Origin: Mobula birostris
Lineage: Eukaryota
Direction of reading: 5' to 3'
NCBI RefSeq assembly: GCF_030028105.1
Contig: NC_092382.1
Location: 102,021,300-102,085,299, forward strand
Length of the DNA stretch: 64,000 nt
Both the position numbers and the translations under genes were made by a program. The first letter of the stretch is position 1; every line of letters begins with the position of its first letter. The notes beneath the pieces are model-generated. The model was not told the DNA's origin. It ran no database searches and saw nothing but the letters and a program-made list of their open reading frames with translations. Shown in pieces: positions 61,228 through 64,000 of this stretch.

Positions 61228-61293
61228 CTGAACCTGATGTATCGTACGCGAAACCGAATATCAAGGGCCTCTCCGTTCCCCGGACAGATGCAG
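61228..61293 (+). CDS. Gene D exon 2
   Basis: [22 protein letters not shown]; AG/GT. Confidence 0.85.
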
Positions 61294-62765
61294 GTCAGTT
61301 TCACTTTGTTGTTTTGACTCTGTTCAGCCGATATGTCCATTCCTGTCGAGAAATCTCGTGGCACGGGTGCAGTTGACACTAATGATTCCCTGTTTGAGAA
61401 TGATTCCGAGGCAATGCGTGGGAGACGCGATGAGATACGAGCTCTGTGGGATGGTCGATGAGGGGGGAGCGCTCTGGGAAGGGGCGGGGTAAGGCAGAGC
61501 AGGAGGCGGGACGGTAGAGACGGAGGGCTGTGGAAAGTGATGAGAAGATTGCTCTGGGTGGGATCGGTGCAGAGAACGTCACGGGATTTGTGGTGTGGTG
61601 GGAGAACCGTGTGAGGGGGTTAAATTGGGGGGCACTGAGGAGGGGGCTCTGTGTGGTGGGGGGGGGCGTGGTGCGACAGCAGGGAGTGCTGCGGCATGGC
61701 CAATAAGGAGGAAACCCCTTGGGAGGAGTGGCGAGGAGGGAGGAGAGTAGAAAGAGGCAGTGAGGAAGGGGAACTCTATAAAATGTGAACAATACTCTCC
61801 GCGTTCTAACCCTGCTCTCTCATCATTTCTACTCTCTCTCCCCTGCCTCCCTCTTTCTCCCCCCTATCTCTCACACGCTAATCCGCTCTCACCTTCTTTT
61901 CTTCTTCTCTGGCCCACTAATTCTTTCTCTTACCCTCATTCTCTCCACTTTCCCTACCCTTATCACTGTTTCTACCCTTCTACGCCTCCCGCTCTCTCCG
62001 TTGCCATTTCCCCTCTATCTAACTCTCTTTCCCCATTCTCCCCTTTCCCACACTCTCTTTCATATTGTCCTTCTCCACCGTCCTCGTTCTTCTCGCGCAC
62101 TCTTTCCCTCACTCCGCTCACTTCGCCCCGCCACTTTTTCTCCCTCCTGTCTCAGTCTATCTCCCCGTTCACACCCTCTCGCTGTGACCCAATCTTCCGA
62201 GCAACTACCCCCTCCACACCTTCTCACTCTCTGTATTCACCTCGTCCCTCTCTCCCCACGCTCTCCCCTCTCTCTTTACCCTCTCTATTTAACCTGTCTC
62301 CCCTTCTGTCTCTCTCCCTTTATTTTGCACCCTTGAGCCTCCCAAGTTTCCCCTCCCTCAGTCCCCCTCTCTCACCTTCTCCTTCGCTGATGTTCTCACC
62401 CCTGCCTCTCCCCTACGCATAATATCTCTCCCTTTTCTCCCTCCCTCTCTCTGTCTTCCCCTTTCCGTCACCGTTCTCTCTCCCCCATTCACTCCCATCT
62501 TCTCACCCATCGCTCAAATCGCTCACTCCTCTCTGCCCAGTCCATTCATCCTTTTCATCCTCACTCTCCTGCTCTTTCTCCTCGGCTCTTTCCCCTCACT
62601 TGCACCTCTCTCTCATCTTCAATATCTACCACTCAGCCCTCTCTTTCCGCACTCTATCTTCCCGCATCGCTGCTCCGTTTCTCTGTCCTCACTCCTCCAC
62701 CATGCTTTACTGCTCTGTCCTCCTTCTAAATCTCTCTCTCTCATTCTCTCCTCTTTCTTCCCCAG

Positions 62766-62885
62766 ACCGTCTGACCTCCACCTACTCCGAGCTGAACATT
62801 GGGAAAGACGAACACCTCATCACTGAGGATGAGGTTCCTCCCATTGCCTCGAGTTCCGGCGAGCTGCGAGTCACTGCACGAACAG
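62766..62885 (+). CDS. Gene D exon 3 (ITIM STYSEL); gene continues beyond window
   Basis: [40 protein letters not shown]; AG/GT. Confidence 0.85.
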
Positions 62886-64000
62886 GTCAGAGTTCACAGT
62901 ACCGACACTGAAGAGGTCACGTGTCATACTCACAAGTGTCCAAGTTTCTAATGCATCTGCCTCGGCCACTACCTCTGGCAGCTTGTACCACTGACTGACC
63001 GCCATCGGGGTAACAAAAGTTTGTTACTCGGCTCCTGACATTTAACACGTTTTAATTGGCTCTGCTCCATTGATTGTCCTCTTCCCAGGAAGTGACAATC
63101 TGTCATTTCAGGCACTTTGTTCTCAGTCAGCTTGAATCGCGCAGATCAGGCTGCCTCACCTCCAAGGCCTTCATCCACACATCCCGCTGCATCGCTGAAG
63201 CAGCCTCCGTAATAAAGACTCCGACCCACCCAGGATAATGTTCTTACGAGACCCCCGCCCAACCCATACTCTCCCACATCGGGGAAGATACGTAAACAAG
63301 CCTCGCCAGGCACAAAGGCAGTTTGTGCCCGCTTTTATCAGACTATACAGTGGTCCCCGATGACGGTAATGCACTCTAGACATCGCCGTCTGCTACGTCG
63401 TATCCCCTTGAATATTAATATCTGCCTGCACTGTACTTTCTCTGTAACTGTGACACTTTACTCTGCGCTCTGTTATTCTTTTCCCTCTTTTACTCCTATG
63501 ATGTGATCTGTATCTATGACATTCCACTGGGACATCTCCTCTTTGAGATATATACAATGATCTGAATGCAAATGTAGATGGGTGGGATAATACACAATAG
63601 ACAATAGGTACAGGATTAGGCCATTCATCCCTTCGAGTCAGCACCGCTATTCACTGTGATCATGGCTGAACGTCCAGAATCAGTACCCTTTTCCTGCCTT
63701 CTCCCCATATCCCTTGACTCTGCTACCTTTAAGAGCTCGATCTAAATCTTTCTTGAAATAATCCAGAGAATTCGCCTCCACTGCCTTCCTAGGCAGAGCG
63801 AGGACCTTTATGTCCTCGTGTCCACGTGAATGGTACCTGAGGATTGGAGGGAGGCGAATGTTTACCCGTTGTTCAAAAATGTTAGTAGGGACAGTCCGGG
63901 TAATTATAGTCCAGTGAGCTTTCCGTCTGTCTTGGAAAAGATTCTTAGAGATTGGATCTCTGGGCGTTTAGAAAATTATGGTCTAATCAGGGACAGTCAG

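Larger units (their letters stand above)
59559..64000. repeat. Right arm of large inverted duplication (continues past window)
   Basis: Reverse complement of 53735-58190. Confidence 0.95.

Overview
Eukaryotic, repeat-rich vertebrate DNA. The CR1, Penelope, Rex1 and Tc1 repertoire suggests a cartilaginous fish, probably a ray; this is inference. The window holds a cluster of type II transmembrane C-type-lectin-like (CTLD) immune-receptor genes of NK-complex/group-V-like architecture, reconstructed by hand from splice sites and phases. Gene B (minus, 56952-37480) is intact: 9 exons, 377 aa, with an ITIM-bearing tail, TM, coiled-coil stalk and an atypical 9-Cys CTLD. Gene A (minus, 12591-3751) has 8 exons but is disabled or truncated. 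Gene D (plus, from 60785) is a head-to-head inverted duplicate of gene B that runs off the window. At least six orphan or pseudo stalk/CTLD exons are scattered between them. Introns carry position-specific tandem repeats (52-bp minisatellite, ~45-bp repeat, GTGTCACRGTGA repeat) plus CR1, L1, Rex1, RTE, Penelope (with hammerhead motifs), Tc1, a CORE-SINE and a 5S fragment. The most notable structure is a single oriented GATA/RUNX/ETS distal promoter with a non-coding exon in the spacer of a >4.4 kb inverted repeat. The outer arms of that repeat are nearly identical while the inner arms are diverged, making it a candidate invertible promoter module. Most ORFs in the supplied track are artefacts of repeats.
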